Source of the DNA: Mantamonas sphyraenae STR306
Lineage: Eukaryota; Protista; CRuMs
DNA length: 64,000 nucleotides
Direction of reading: 5' to 3'
Assembly (NCBI GenBank): GCA_026936335.1
Contig: JAPMXV010000019.1
Location: 214,373-278,372, forward strand
Part shown: piece after piece, positions 45,701 through 56,001 of the stretch
How the letters are laid out: every line of letters starts with the position of its first letter
How positions within the stretch are numbered: the first letter of the stretch is position 1
The notes under the pieces: model-generated
The model's database searches: none
Told to the model about the DNA's origin: nothing
The model's input: the letters and a program-made list of their open reading frames with translations, nothing else
Program-made: the position numbers and the translations under genes

Positions 45701-46706
45701 CGGCTACATGACGGGCGCCAATTTGGACATGCGTGTGGTATTGCATACGATTGTGCCCGGGGCTGTGGGAGCCGTGGCTGGCCTGGTGTGGATGCCGTCG
45801 CACCTGCACTATGTGATGCTGGCGGCTGCGACTCTGGGCTTTGTGTGCGGCATGATTGTGGCCAGCTGGATGATGATGAGCACGGGAAAGACAAGCACCA
45901 AGTCACGATTCGACTCGCGAACCAAGGGCGAGATTGCAGTGTTGGCACTGCTTGGTGGCGCCCTGACGAGCAGCTCCGGATCCGGGATGGGCATGCTGGT
46001 GTACTTTTACATGGTGTTGTTCCTGCAAACGAACCAGGACACAGCAATCCACACGTCGCTGAGCGCACTGGGTGTGAACAGCGTCCTGAGTCTTCTTCTG
46101 CACCTTGTGGCGGGCAAGACGTTTGCCCCGCACGCTGTGGATGTGATTACGGTGATGGCGCCGTGGTTGCTGGTGCTGGGCTTTGCAGGCGTGCATGTGG
46201 TGACCATGGTCAGCCCCCTGGCGCTGCACGGTATCGTGAGCTTTTCGGCGATGGCGTTGTTTGTGACCAAGATCGTGCTGAACCTGAACCGCCAGGACCT
46301 GTTGTTTGTGGCAGTGACGCTGCTGTTGAACAGCGGCGTCTTGAGCTACCTGCTGGCGGTGGGTGGCAACATCCGTTCGAGCACGCTGCTTCTGGTGGAC
46401 ACCAAGGCAGGTAAGGAAGACATGGTGCGACAGCAACGGAAAACGCGCAAGCGAAGGAAGCAGGCCAAGATTGAGCGAGAGAGGAAGAAGCGGGAGGCGA
46501 GGAACGGGGTGATGGGCGCCGTGCGCAAGGGAGGCTGGGGATTGGAGAAGCTGGGCGTGGGACAGAGTACGTCGACGCCGTTGTCGCCGCCTTCTCCGCC
46601 GCAGGATGATCGTGCAGAGATGGCACGGATTTTCAAGGGGATTGAGGAGGAAGAGGAGGAAGAGCGGGAAAGTGTAGGGGGGACGGATGGAGTGCGTGAA
46701 GAATGA
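39708..46706 (+). CDS. TmcB/TmcC-like multi-TM PAS-domain protein with a C-terminal TauE/SafE-like domain (paralogue 1)
   Basis: An N-terminal TM bundle with LWPLKVLR and ARSHGRVE is followed by TPR-like helices (YPKAPRILRAYARFL), a degenerate PAS (LLGLSEDDIIG), and alternating TM/helical blocks with LMIPLE. A C-terminal ~8-TM block contains LGGALTSSSGSGMG...AIHTSL. An acceptor-like CACAG 2 nt before the ATG suggests a possible upstream exon. Confidence 0.75.
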   Translation: MKRRNSVSSTRTDPMESAQRAEAGKHMDVTLSSVGGSLVTRMGSFLAAAKLTIFQVVFLLMKEDQLSSQVLLYLSSVVEHLQFFLFFLSPLVIPPTMQRTVTYGLVYQITLAFNVNSVVNTAANQWFVFWVASLSVLLTAGLLIFLVIAVHRESYIFLWPLKVLRLLVSLLSSVLYLPFVRTLLQALVASDASPGTTFVALLCVATLFAVAITSKLVYFDTSITSDVATARSHGRVEAAWVLTRSVLVALFAFAALLPLDVGSLRITLCLGLLVLSVTMLGLRAFYVPFYWLSTNKLAVGLVSMLVWNSAVCIGAQWAPTMSFGMLALLMLVGSLATGLLAGIGMHKWFSWYFMDALRTPVPQMMWLDGPLAMVVQHTHKQKPQKRLADYANSFAHPQDDATDADLPEDSASALGLSQLELNETGHHRQQQTQHDKNGPAAETLSSQAFAKLDIQAGRPGSHCIYINGCPLKLRSVFHVEVFARILMHDSSWHVTHNVSSFYAATLKLYPRNALVLLAYARFLDSQHNPKAQQEAMGVYEKLEKVASGTFDVGFFCFAALRIRKRVSIAMALQSNEDDARDIGVVAHLELQQNLSRARTFHFRTLRQLHAFWQMLLLDEVNLADLQACMHRIVSAQRSTTQSFASLLQQYPKAPRILRAYARFLSEIRSDVATAQRFVRMAEECEQAQQAQMRTNQGIKGEGYSETRRRTAVSLASTLSGAIRAGRNVGLLGLSEDDIIGMHMRDIVPNCALLESSTGMAAICAMGPQRVMVMDDRGRAMLLDLAAHQLHVSSVFARASAAAAREQLYTVRLAISEIWREPLLFVTRPRDAYADGDNGESVDDDDARSEVASVLGVDQHSSHTATIVGVSKSLSSTLRLKPEFLINTALKDTVSDLVGSSRWSLTLRSRSRPVDDNEVAVRVRSRTGFFTARAHLETLDLQNLLLVRFSKMESVVASSPAPTRSAARRLSTIVESGKRSGLTFNTTVDVMGGAEPAEGERRRSSSSTRHSDGGSGVSTPGGLGTTGQSVSSDVEETTAGPLNATSSSRASSVAPSLRASPVHLSSATLALQEEDGNSVHADSSGSDQDLVIDGESKGHSSASHTTGDSSRASSVKRRIKAMRHSMNDQSSEKNTSGSVQELRRVVYLVLVLLFASVISNYVSQVSFLEESQVKVQHQIELGELPVLVAEAGYEAEFMDVQLRELRIASLAAQLASLNGTASNNTQVQSLTAHLDTLLPPGLDAQSFHTELAYLLARVDASKSRTVLTEIGSSLGRIHGKVFSDEGSLSAADHAQVLAISEPVHLLLESTSQQVTQTMSVRDIGFEFVSSIRSTTQLNLTTLDQTGVDLLESIPASYFVMANSFVTAVRAMSRAANVVQSSFQVASQEASVIGLTTFLVAMGMIWCLMWLTFRPVVNHISMENHFTLETFLDIPRRHAVGMVNRYKRLMLAMDEETQSPGNLAVGQREPGQAGSEDGSDDDRSVGFSEHSWRSEDTGEMSSRASDLRGVGESNVGAAAGVVDMADGSGNRKRKKRRKDGRSVRGRGETGMAKVHMRYIVAFVVYAVIALASFVSTQTTNEEQHFLHQRIVDVADVQVTVAQIPHYLARLTTSTSWTVYNETRAGLINAEAALSTQWRSMMQAGDAHGRSDAQNKLLFSENLCSTLSCSTEEERKMGAAGVHSLMQRYMRLVQSIRNVPEGTRVTFETAGVVELVKAYRTLVVPALDRTMSLLSTEVRQLMETEHSVSISLLLAGIVVIVLDLLLIFSPMMSVLNSQAQHVEHMFLMIPLETLMELPHVMRLLGLDSSASAKAEDASMQEKAVPLERMKGGMPKASVDMWVEEQVISGADMLREEPEEVLEEAPSGMSSVDADLESQISVPEPRSVPAVRSWLQFVQELDGLLAEHPKRVAGMVLLVNLLWWVPVMATEGERIIGSLQGVQELVPVVTLLLTASLGSMNVLGVMPIMFVVMVLVQGASLEYIRDFHLLLQTVMLPACSLYGYMTGANLDMRVVLHTIVPGAVGAVAGLVWMPSHLHYVMLAAATLGFVCGMIVASWMMMSTGKTSTKSRFDSRTKGEIAVLALLGGALTSSSGSGMGMLVYFYMVLFLQTNQDTAIHTSLSALGVNSVLSLLLHLVAGKTFAPHAVDVITVMAPWLLVLGFAGVHVVTMVSPLALHGIVSFSAMALFVTKIVLNLNRQDLLFVAVTLLLNSGVLSYLLAVGGNIRSSTLLLVDTKAGKEDMVRQQRKTRKRRKQAKIERERKKREARNGVMGAVRKGGWGLEKLGVGQSTSTPLSPPSPPQDDRAEMARIFKGIEEEEEEERESVGGTDGVREE

Positions 46707-46717
46707 GATGAATTCAT

Positions 46718-49700
46718 TCACGGTTCTGCGAGTTCTTCAATCAAGTCGTCGTTGGAACGCAAGCGTATGGCACTTTTTGCTGTGCGCGTAGGAGTTGCAG
46801 GTGCGTGGACCTCGGTTGAACTGAAGGGGCGAGCGCTGCCGCGACTGGATGCAGCAACGGTGCTGCTTGTGGCAGAGACACTGCTGTTGCTACGCATGTG
46901 CAAATCCAATACAGCCACTCGCGAAAGACGCCGTTGTTTTCGTGTTTGGCTGACGGCACGACCAGGGGTGACCTTGCGAATGCGCTGCTTGCGAGAACGT
47001 CGAGAGCGCCTCTCTGTGCCGGGAAGAGTGTGCCTTGTATCCAAATCCGCCATCTCGTCCTGCAGTTTGGCAATGACGTGGCCCATGAAGCCTCCCAAGC
47101 GCAAGAGGTAGCCAAGGACCAGGCCGTTGACAAGCATCATGGTGATTGCCCGTAGCTCGGCGATGCCTCCGTCGATGACAAAAACCAGCACAGTGCCAAA
47201 GTAGACACTCAACGAGGTGGCAACCATGATGATGATGAGCTCGCTGGATGCACGCCTGGATCTGATGAGGGTGCCACAGCCTGCAAGCGGAATGGCGAGA
47301 GGAGCACACATCCACAGCATAGCCACCACGTCACCGGGCAAGTCGGCGTACAGACCGCCGATGGACATGCTGGCCATTTCAATGATGCTGGATCCCGTGA
47401 GAATGACTGTGGAGGTGGAAATGGCATGGGATTCCGTGCGATGATGGAGGAGGAGAAGTAGAATGGCAACGGCACTGTGGACAATTCCACCAGCAAACCA
47501 CTCGATGACGCCAATGCACAGGCTGGTGATGGTGATCTCGACGAGGGATGCGGTGGACAAAGAGTGGTCGAGGACGGCGCCGTCTGTGGGGTCGCCCACT
47601 CGTCGTGTCCACCACTGTTGCCACACAAGGATGCCTTGAAGGCCGACGATCATGCCAATGACGCTGGAGACATTTACACCGATGCCGTCGAGTGAGAAGC
47701 CGATCATCAGGCGGATCAACGCTCCCATGGAGAGGCCAGCGATCGATGAGCGGACTACGCGCCACTCAATCATGTCGGCAGGAGTCAGAGCAAGGTGTCC
47801 AATCGAAGCCAAGAGCTGTAGCGGGATGGCCATGGCCAAGGATTGGGAGACGGTCCAGTTGTAGCCGCCGACCATGACGGTGAGGACGATCATTTGCAGG
47901 GAGAGCAGCTGCAGTGGTTGCAGTACGAGGGCACAGGATACTAGGAGTACGGCTGGTGCGTAGGCTGGCCCATGTGTGGAGATTGTATCGATGGAGGCAG
48001 GGCTCGAGAGGAGGAGAGCCAGCCACGTGATGACCGCGAGTGTCCCGATGGCGACGAGGGAGTAGCCGCGGTGGCGCAGGAGAAGGGAAACGAATGCGTG
48101 CACTCGTGATTTGCTGTGGCTGTGATGGCTGTGATTGATGCTCTCTGAAGCAGAGAGTGCCTGGTCGCTGGGTACGGAGACGGCGTCAACGGACTCGGAA
48201 TCGTCGACGAGGTGAGATTCACCTCCGGCAATCACCACGGTGCTGAGCCACTCGTCTGTGTTGCGCGTAGCCTCTGTCTTGTCCACAGGCCTGGCCATCT
48301 TGTCGCGGACGAGCTTGCCGCGGCGGTCGACGCCAAGGACGGAGCAAACCTGGGGAAGGTTTTCGAGCACAGCAAAGGGGATCATGAGCAGCATGAACTG
48401 TGCATGGAGGGCCTCTTCCTTCAATGAACGCAGCATGGGCCACAGGACAGCGATACTGACAAAGAGCACAAGGAGGAGGCTGAGAAGGAGCTCGACGCCC
48501 AGTGACGCCTCGAGGGTGGCCTGCAAGTCGTCCAACTGTGCTTTGAGGGTTGTGCGAAGTAGCTGCATGCTGGGTTCGATGAGACGAGCCTGTGTCTCCA
48601 CGATGATCTTGACGGTGGTGGTTGTGGAGTCGCCACGCTCGAGCGCGTGAGTCCAGTCGCGCACGAGCTGCATGTAGCGCAGGAGAAGGGCGTGAATGCC
48701 CTGGCGGCCCATTTTCAATTGGAGTACGCTTGTGCATCCCACACGAGCACACATGTCCAAATTGAAGAGGTTGTTGAGCATGGGATGATTTTGGCCGTCG
48801 TCGCTGACGAGGCGCACAAGGCGGGCTTCGACATCCTGCATCTCATCGACGATGTCCCTGATGCGCTGGGCATACAAAGAGACATTTTGGGGAGCCCACA
48901 TGGCCATCTCTAGAGTGAGAGGACGCAATGAGGCAGAGAGCCAGAGGAGACGGCCGGCTTCTTGCATCTTGTCGATCTTGTCGCGCTGCTCTGCGTGCGA
49001 ATCGGCTTGAACGAGGTAGGAGCCGACAACAAGGCCCACCAAAAGGAGGATGGCACATGTGTACTGCATGTGGGCGCGTCTTATCTGTCGTGGGGCGGTC
49101 TCGGAGCGGGTGTAGGTGTGGGAGGCGGAGTCGGCGACGATCTCGGAGGCGACGGTGGTGGCGTCGGCATGGTCGTCCATGCCAATGACAGAGGCACCGG
49201 ATGTACCTGGAGCATGCCTGCGTGAACCAGAACTGTAGCCCATGGCGAGGTCGTGGTAGTGCGTTGCCAGATTGACGACGACATGGCGTGGGACTTGAGA
49301 GAAGGTGCTGAGGGCATTCTCCTTTTCCAGTGAAATGAATTGGACAGTGGGGCGAAAGGCTACCCATAAGGCGATGAGAAGGAGGACGACGAGTTCGATG
49401 CAGAAACTGAGGGCGACGCGGTCGGTGTCGGCGAGAGTGATGCGAAAGGCGTTTGTCAGAATGGCTTCAAGCCGATCGTAGCCGAGGTGAAGGGTGCGGA
49501 CGCCGTTGTCGACGACAAACCGGAACGAATTATGAAAATGGAGGCTGGTGTGACCCATGTCGACCTCTGCCGATGCGTTGACGGCCGACGTCTCGAGGGC
49601 GGCCTGGGAGAAGCGGACACCGGCTGTGCGCAGGGTCATTTGTGTGGTGATGGTGTTTTGTGTGCCTTCGTCATACTCTATGACCGAGATGGTTGCGTTG

Positions 49701-52700
49701 CCGCCGTCCTTGAGGGAAGAAGAGTCGCCGAGAGCCTCGACGGATGCGAGATAGCGCACGTTGGAGCGTTGGTAGGCACTGACAGAGGAAACCATACGGC
49801 TTTGAGCGTCTTGTAGGGGCTCGATGGCCTGAAAGGCGCGGAGCTGGTGGAGGCGCTGCGTGGCGGAGACGTTTGCGGGGAGAAGATTGGGCGGCACGGG
49901 ACCTTCCACGAGGGCAGCCTGCATGACCTGATTGTCCATCATGTGTGCATACATGGCATTCTCACTGGCGAGCACAGGCAGGTCTTGCATGCCAAAGAGG
50001 AGCTGTACGGTGGCACCGGTGAAGCGTTCGGTGTCGGCCTCCACCCAATAGCCAAGGAGCACGACGCCGAGCATGAAGGCGAGGACGACGAGGACGACAT
50101 TGCGCAATTGACCAATGCCCTTCTGTTGGGAGAGGCCTTGGCTGGAGGGATTGAGAGTACGTTTGGCAAACTGTGCGCGGAGGTCGCGGAGGCGCTGGCG
50201 GAGCTGGCGGCGGACCTTTTCGTGCGACGAGCCTGAATCGTCGCTGGAGCCCTCGTCAGAGAGTCTTCCAGAGGGAGCCGAATGTGCTTCAGATATGTCT
50301 GCGACCGATGGGGTCGGGTTGCGGATCAAGATGCCGTTGAATTCGGGGTCGCGAAAGGTGACGGGGTTGCTTGTGGAAGGGGCCGAGGCAAACGACGGAC
50401 GTTTTGTGTCTGTGCTCACAGTGGAATCTGTGGTCGAGATGAGCTGGGCGGGAGATGAGGCTCTGCGGGGAGTGCGGATAGCCGTTGATTTGGAGAGAAC
50501 GAGGACCAGCAGGCGCTGGTGGGGTAGCCAGTGAACATCAGCGAGTCCTTCGGTGTGAAGGAGAGGAAGGCGACAATAGGAAGAAACAGTCGGTGGAGAA
50601 TGCGATCGTATCCAGGTGAGGAGCGCGGTGGAGTCTGCGTCGTCGTCGCTGAGATCGTCGCCGTCGTCGTTGTCACTGGTGTTTGCACGGGTGATGGGAG
50701 CGTCCTCAAAGTGGGCGAGCATTTGGAGAGGTGTGCCTTTGAAGGCATCGATGCGCTCGCCGTTGGATCGTGAGCGTTGCTTCCAGGGCTTGGTCCAAGC
50801 GTGCAGGACGAGCTGGTCGTGATTCGTGGTTGGTTGGAAGACGAGGGCGAGATCAGACAGAGCCTGGTCGGCGTTGAGGGTGACGGTGTACAGCGAGCCA
50901 GCTGTCTGGTCGACGGAAGCGAGAGCGACGGCGGATTGAAAGGGCTCCACGGTGATGTGGAGGACAGCGGTCTCTCCGTTGGGAGTTGTGGCGACGGCAA
51001 TGCTTGGTGATGATGACGAAGCAGCGGCAGGCAGATCGATGGAACCTGGAAGGAGAACAGAGAGATGTTGGTGGATGAGGCGGTCGCTGGTCCAGCCAAG
51101 CACTCGATCACTTTGGACGACAACAATGAGGCCCGACGCGTCGACGACGAGGGACCACTTGATGCTGCGCGAGGACTCGAAGGGCGCAGATGGGTCTGTC
51201 GTCTGTGTGTCGAAGCGAGCTTCGAGGGCGGCGGCTTTGCGGTGGAGCTCGTCGCTGGCGTGGGAGTCGGACATGACCTCGGTCATGAAGCGCGCGTAGG
51301 CACGGTAGACACGGGGAACACGTGCATAGCGAGAGATGAGATCGAGGAATAGGTTGTGCGCCTGGCGTTGGGACTCGACAATGGCCGAGAGGACTTGCTG
51401 GATGTCGGCTATGTCGAGATTGGCGCCGAGGAGCATGTCCCAGAAGCGGTGCATGAGCTCGAGGGTGTTTGTATGCTTTTGCTGCGCTGTGTTGAGATTT
51501 TGTTGGAGTCGAAGGTGGGAGACGAGGCCCGCTTTGCCGGATTGGTTGTCGACGGAGGCGATGGCGAGGCGTTGCATGCGTACTGCCTCGACATGGACCA
51601 TGACGTCGACATCCAGGGGAGCCTGGAGGAGTTGGACGGTGGAGAGGTCGACAGACTGGTCGGTGGAACCGAGATAGGTGAGGATTCGGTGGTAGGAGAG
51701 CCACAGGTAGGCGGAGTTTGGGAACAACTGGAGCGCATGATGGTACAGGTTGAGGACATTGTGCTGTGTGGCCGCATTCGGGCGGAAGATTGCCCTGGCC
51801 ATGATTTCGACGTGGTAAGGGGTGCGTATGTGGACAGAGTGCGAGTTGAAGATGAGGGTTCCGGCCGACTGGCTGTGGTCGATGTGAATTCGCATGAGGT
51901 GGGCGTTGAGAAGATCACCTGACCTGAGCTGGCCGAGGATGTCTGTGTCGGGCAGTTCTGCAGATTCGATGATGTCTGCAATGGACTTTGGAGAGAGGGT
52001 AAGGGCTGGTTGGAGAGGAGCGAGGAAGAAGCGCTCGTAGAGGAAGCGAGTGGCGTACCAGGCAAAAGTACCCAGCAATATCATGCCAAGAAGCCAGAGA
52101 GTGAGCCATTCGGAAAAGGTAGACGGGGCAAGGGCGGCGAGGAGGCCAGTCCAGAGGGAAGCGGCAACCAGAGCAGCGGTGTACTGGTTTGCGCGCAGCT
52201 GGTAGAAGGGGAGGAGGTAGAGGCGGGCGGAAAGCATGACGAGGAGGGCGAGGATGTAGAAGGTGACAAAGATGGGTGTGTAGTACTGGACGAGGGCGGT
52301 CCAGCGGAGGAAGAAGGAGAGGAGGATGAGGATGGCGCGGATGGCAAGCCAGAGGAGTTCGACACGACCGTGGGGCCGGGCGGTAAGCATGGTGCTCTTC
52401 ATGGAGGTCTCAAAGTAGGTCATGCGGCAGACGGCGCCGATGGAAATGTGGAGGACGAGAGCGAGAATGGTGAGGAAAGCCAGAGGCTGCGTCGGGCAAG
52501 TGGGGCAAAGGGACTGGAGAAGGAGGACGGTGACAGGCATGAATCCGAGAGAGATCATGACGGGGAGGAGGGTGCGGAGTAGGGCAAGGGGCCAGAGGGC
52601 GACAAAATGTTGGCGGGCGACGGAGATTGCGGTGTAGGCGATGAGGATGAGTGTGGTGATGATCGCTGTCAGACAAAGGGTGTACATGGCCACGAAGGGC

Positions 52701-53408
52701 GTAATTGGTAGGTCGAGGGACAAGGTGAGTGCCTCGAGCGTTTGCTTGAGTACGAGAAATGTGGGATGGGTGGCGTACTCGGCCGGAAGCGCATCTGGGG
52801 AGGGTGGGGAGGGGGGTTGGGGGTTGGGGTTGGGGGAGGATGTGTTAGCGTTGGGGTGGGATGGGGGTGGGAGGGAGGAAGGGGAGGGAGGGAACGGGGA
52901 CGGGGTGGGGGTGGGCTTCTGGAAGAAAGCGAAAAAAGGGGGGGCGCCCGAGTTTTTCGTGTGGTGCGAGCGGGGCTTGGGAAGACCCCTGTGCGATAGT
53001 TGAGGATGGGAGGAGGGTGCAACATTGGTGGTGGTGTGGGGGGTAGGGGTGGGTGGGTTGGGAAAGGCGGAGAGGTCTTGCAGCAATCGGCACAACATGA
53101 CGCGTTTGACGCAAGAGCAGGAACCTTCTGGAGCTCCGGGGGTAAAACGAGGCACAGCGGGTGAGGGACACACCTTTGACAATCATGCCCACGACCTGCA
53201 TGTGCTCAACTGCTATGGCAAGGTAGAGCCAGAATGCCGGGACGTGGATTTGCTCCTTGAGGACGAAGGAGGTGGTGTCGAGGAATACGGATTGCGCAAA
53301 TCTGAGTTTGGAGAGGTGCACGTCATGGCGGACGCCGTTGTTGTTTGGGGTGGACAAGGTTCCAAGAGTGGCCATGGAGGGCATGGGTTGGAGCATGAGG
53401 CCGGACAT
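46718..53408 (-). CDS. TmcB/TmcC-like protein with a C-terminal TauE-like domain (paralogue 2); exons 53174-53408 and 46718-52794
   Basis: Collinear with paralogue 1 (VEHMQ, LWPLALLR, ARPHGRVE, PYHVEIMAR, YRAYARFM, LMIPF, AISTS). A phase-1 intron (GTGTGT...CCCCAG) restores the homologous N-terminus. Confidence 0.75.
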
Positions 53409-53817
53409 GGGTTGGGTTGGTGGATGTGGTGCAACGGGGGGGGGGAAGGGGGGAGGAAGTGGGGGGAGTCGGGGGGGGGGGTGAATGAGGACGAAGAAGT
53501 GTGGATGTGGGTGGAGTTTACTGGACGGAGGTTCGGGAAGCCATTCAGGTGTGCAGCAGCAGCCAGTGGAGTGGGAGAGAGTGCTTGGGGGGCGAAGGAA
53601 GGCGTGGCATTGGATCAGGTGGGACATGGAGGTGGATGAGGCGATGGAGGTGGCGTTGGTGATGAACTGGGAGGAGAGGGAGGCGAAGCTTGCGAGGAAT
53701 GTGTGGAAAAGAGAGGGTGGGGAGGGTGGGTGACACTGCCGGAGGAGGTGATGGAGAGGGTGTTTGAGTGCGTGGGTAGTGGGTGGGGAGGGGAGGGGTG
53801 TTGATGGAGAGGGTGTT

Positions 53818-55650
53818 TCATTCGAGGCGTTGGCGTTTGGAGGAAGAGGAGGAGGAGGAGGAGGAGGAGGAGGAGGAAGGGTCTTTGCGCTTGGGCAGCG
53901 TGAAGGAGGGGATGGGGTAGGCGTTGACGAGTGCGGAGGTGTTGGGGCGGGTGGTGACGTGGGGTGTGATACGGTCGATGAGGGTGTGGAGGAGGGTGTG
54001 CAGTGTGGCGTCGCTGGGTTTGGGGTTGTCGAGCCAGGCGATCTTGAGGGAGAGGGAGGTGACACCGCGGGTGAGGGTGTAGCTGATAGTACTGGTAACT
54101 AGTTGGTAGGTGAGACGTGGCCTGAGGAGGCGAACAAAGAAGGCCAGGTCGACAGGCGGCACGCCAACATTGCCCAGCGCCAGGATGATGTGTCGCACAA
54201 GGGACATCAGGCTGCCGTTGTTGATCAGTTCACGCAGTGCATGGTGCTCGTGTGTGTGCTGATGGTGAGGGTGTTTGGCTGCGCGTGCCTTCATGTGTGC
54301 CAGCAGCGTCTGGAACTCCCGCGCCGTGCAGCTGCCACGCTCGTCTGCGGATGTGCTCCAGCCACTGCGCACAGACTCGGGATGCCACTTGTCCACCTTG
54401 GTGGTGGTGAGGTGGTGGTCGTAGTCGCATTGTGTCCAGTGTGGGTCGCTGTCGTTGTCAGCAGGGCGTCGTGCTTTCTGCAGCCACAGCTGGGTCTGCT
54501 CGTGCTCCTTCCAGGTGGTGGGATGTGGTCTGTCGCCGAGCATGTCCATCTCTGTCATGAGCAGGTGGAGGAGGGCGTAGTTGGGGTCGCCGTGGTCGTG
54601 TGGCTCCTCCAGCCAGCACACCTTCAACCCAGCCTTTGTCACACCCATGGCCAGACCAGCGTTCTTGATGGCAGCACTGCACGCCTGTTGATCCACGTCA
54701 TGGCCGAGAAGGGTGAGGCAGAATGCCATGTCGCCCTTGGAGAGGGGAATGTTGCCCAGAGCGAGCTGAATCTGTCGGACCAGCGCCAACGTGGTGCCAT
54801 GGCAGACCACAACGCGCGCCTGCAGGGTCATGAGGTCGGGGATGTCGTCGATGTGATGCTCATTGGCCAGGGTGTGCATGTGCTTCAGCAGTGCCGTGTG
54901 CTCCTTCTTGTTGCTGCGGGTGCGCTCGTCACAGTATCCAATTGTCCACCCTTTGCACACAACGCCATCCGGCAACTTGTTCGTCTTGTCCACGACTGCT
55001 TTCTTCCGTGCACCGTTGTCTCCGTTCTTGGCCCTCCTTGCCCGTGTGCTCGACGTTCCTGTCTCCGTGCCACTGCCAGCCGTGACCCTGTGCCCGTGCT
55101 TTCCATTCCATGTGCTGCTTTGTGTCCCAGAGCGACATCCACTGCGGCCCCTCTGTCGTGTGCGGCGACTGCTTCGTTTGGGCAGCGACTGTTCATCCAT
55201 GTTCTCCTGCTTCATGTCGTCTATGTCGTCATCGCTATTGTCCCCAGGTACGGAATCCCCATCTATGGTGGTTGTTGACGTTGTGGTCGTGGCTGTGTGG
55301 TCTTGCGAGACGGGCTGAGCCCAGGCCTCGTCGCTCGCCTCGACATACCGGAGCACGTCATCCTGAGTCATCCAATCGGTGTCGTGGAAGCGGTAGAAGC
55401 GCCGTGCGGGTTGTGCGGTGTCCACATACAGCGTTCCAGGCTCGTTGAAGCGTTCGGAGGAATGTCTAGATTTGTTGCTGCGCGCAGCAGGCGGAGGCGG
55501 CGGGGGAGGAGTGGTGTTGGATGTGTGAAGGCGGTTCGGATAGGGTAACAGAACGGGAACCCACACAAAGGACTGCATGGAGTTCTGTGGAGACGCGTAG
55601 CCGGGTGGGGAAAGATGATGCCGAGGAATGTAGCCTCGTTGCGGGTTCAT
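53818..55650 (-). CDS. Subtelomeric unknown-family protein, copy A (diverged N-terminus, one module pair)
   Basis: Shares the His-rich helical modules, the poly-Ser tract and the KRQRLE terminus with copies B and C. The start is uncertain. Confidence 0.7.
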   Translation of the reverse strand: MNPQRGYIPRHHLSPPGYASPQNSMQSFVWVPVLLPYPNRLHTSNTTPPPPPPPAARSNKSRHSSERFNEPGTLYVDTAQPARRFYRFHDTDWMTQDDVLRYVEASDEAWAQPVSQDHTATTTTSTTTIDGDSVPGDNSDDDIDDMKQENMDEQSLPKRSSRRTRQRGRSGCRSGTQSSTWNGKHGHRVTAGSGTETGTSSTRARRAKNGDNGARKKAVVDKTNKLPDGVVCKGWTIGYCDERTRSNKKEHTALLKHMHTLANEHHIDDIPDLMTLQARVVVCHGTTLALVRQIQLALGNIPLSKGDMAFCLTLLGHDVDQQACSAAIKNAGLAMGVTKAGLKVCWLEEPHDHGDPNYALLHLLMTEMDMLGDRPHPTTWKEHEQTQLWLQKARRPADNDSDPHWTQCDYDHHLTTTKVDKWHPESVRSGWSTSADERGSCTAREFQTLLAHMKARAAKHPHHQHTHEHHALRELINNGSLMSLVRHIILALGNVGVPPVDLAFFVRLLRPRLTYQLVTSTISYTLTRGVTSLSLKIAWLDNPKPSDATLHTLLHTLIDRITPHVTTRPNTSALVNAYPIPSFTLPKRKDPSSSSSSSSSSSSSKRQRLE

Positions 55651-56001
55651 TGGACCGAAACTGAGTGGAACACGATAGGGGGTAGGTTGGGATGGGCGTG
55701 TAATGATGCATGTGCGTGAAGGTTGGAGGATGGTCAGCATAGCGTGGACGGTTGGGCGCAAAGAGTGACCTTTTAAGGCGGATGGAGCGGCAAGTGTGTG
55801 CAAAGGACGGTTGACGGAACCGGAGATGCGAATGGGAGGGTACTTACACGGGGTAGGGATGGTATGAGCGGAAGGGGGAACTGGTGTTGCTGTGAATGGT
55901 GAGGAGTTGTTGTTGGAAACGTTGGTTCGGCAGGTTCGGGTGAGTGGAATTTCGCACACGCCACTGAGGACAACGGTGCGTGTGATACGGGTTGGTGAGT
56001 G

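Noticed and set aside
52795-53173. Pro-rich N-terminus of ORF 46718-53182
   Set aside because: It is a read-through intron; splicing it out restores alignment with paralogue 1.
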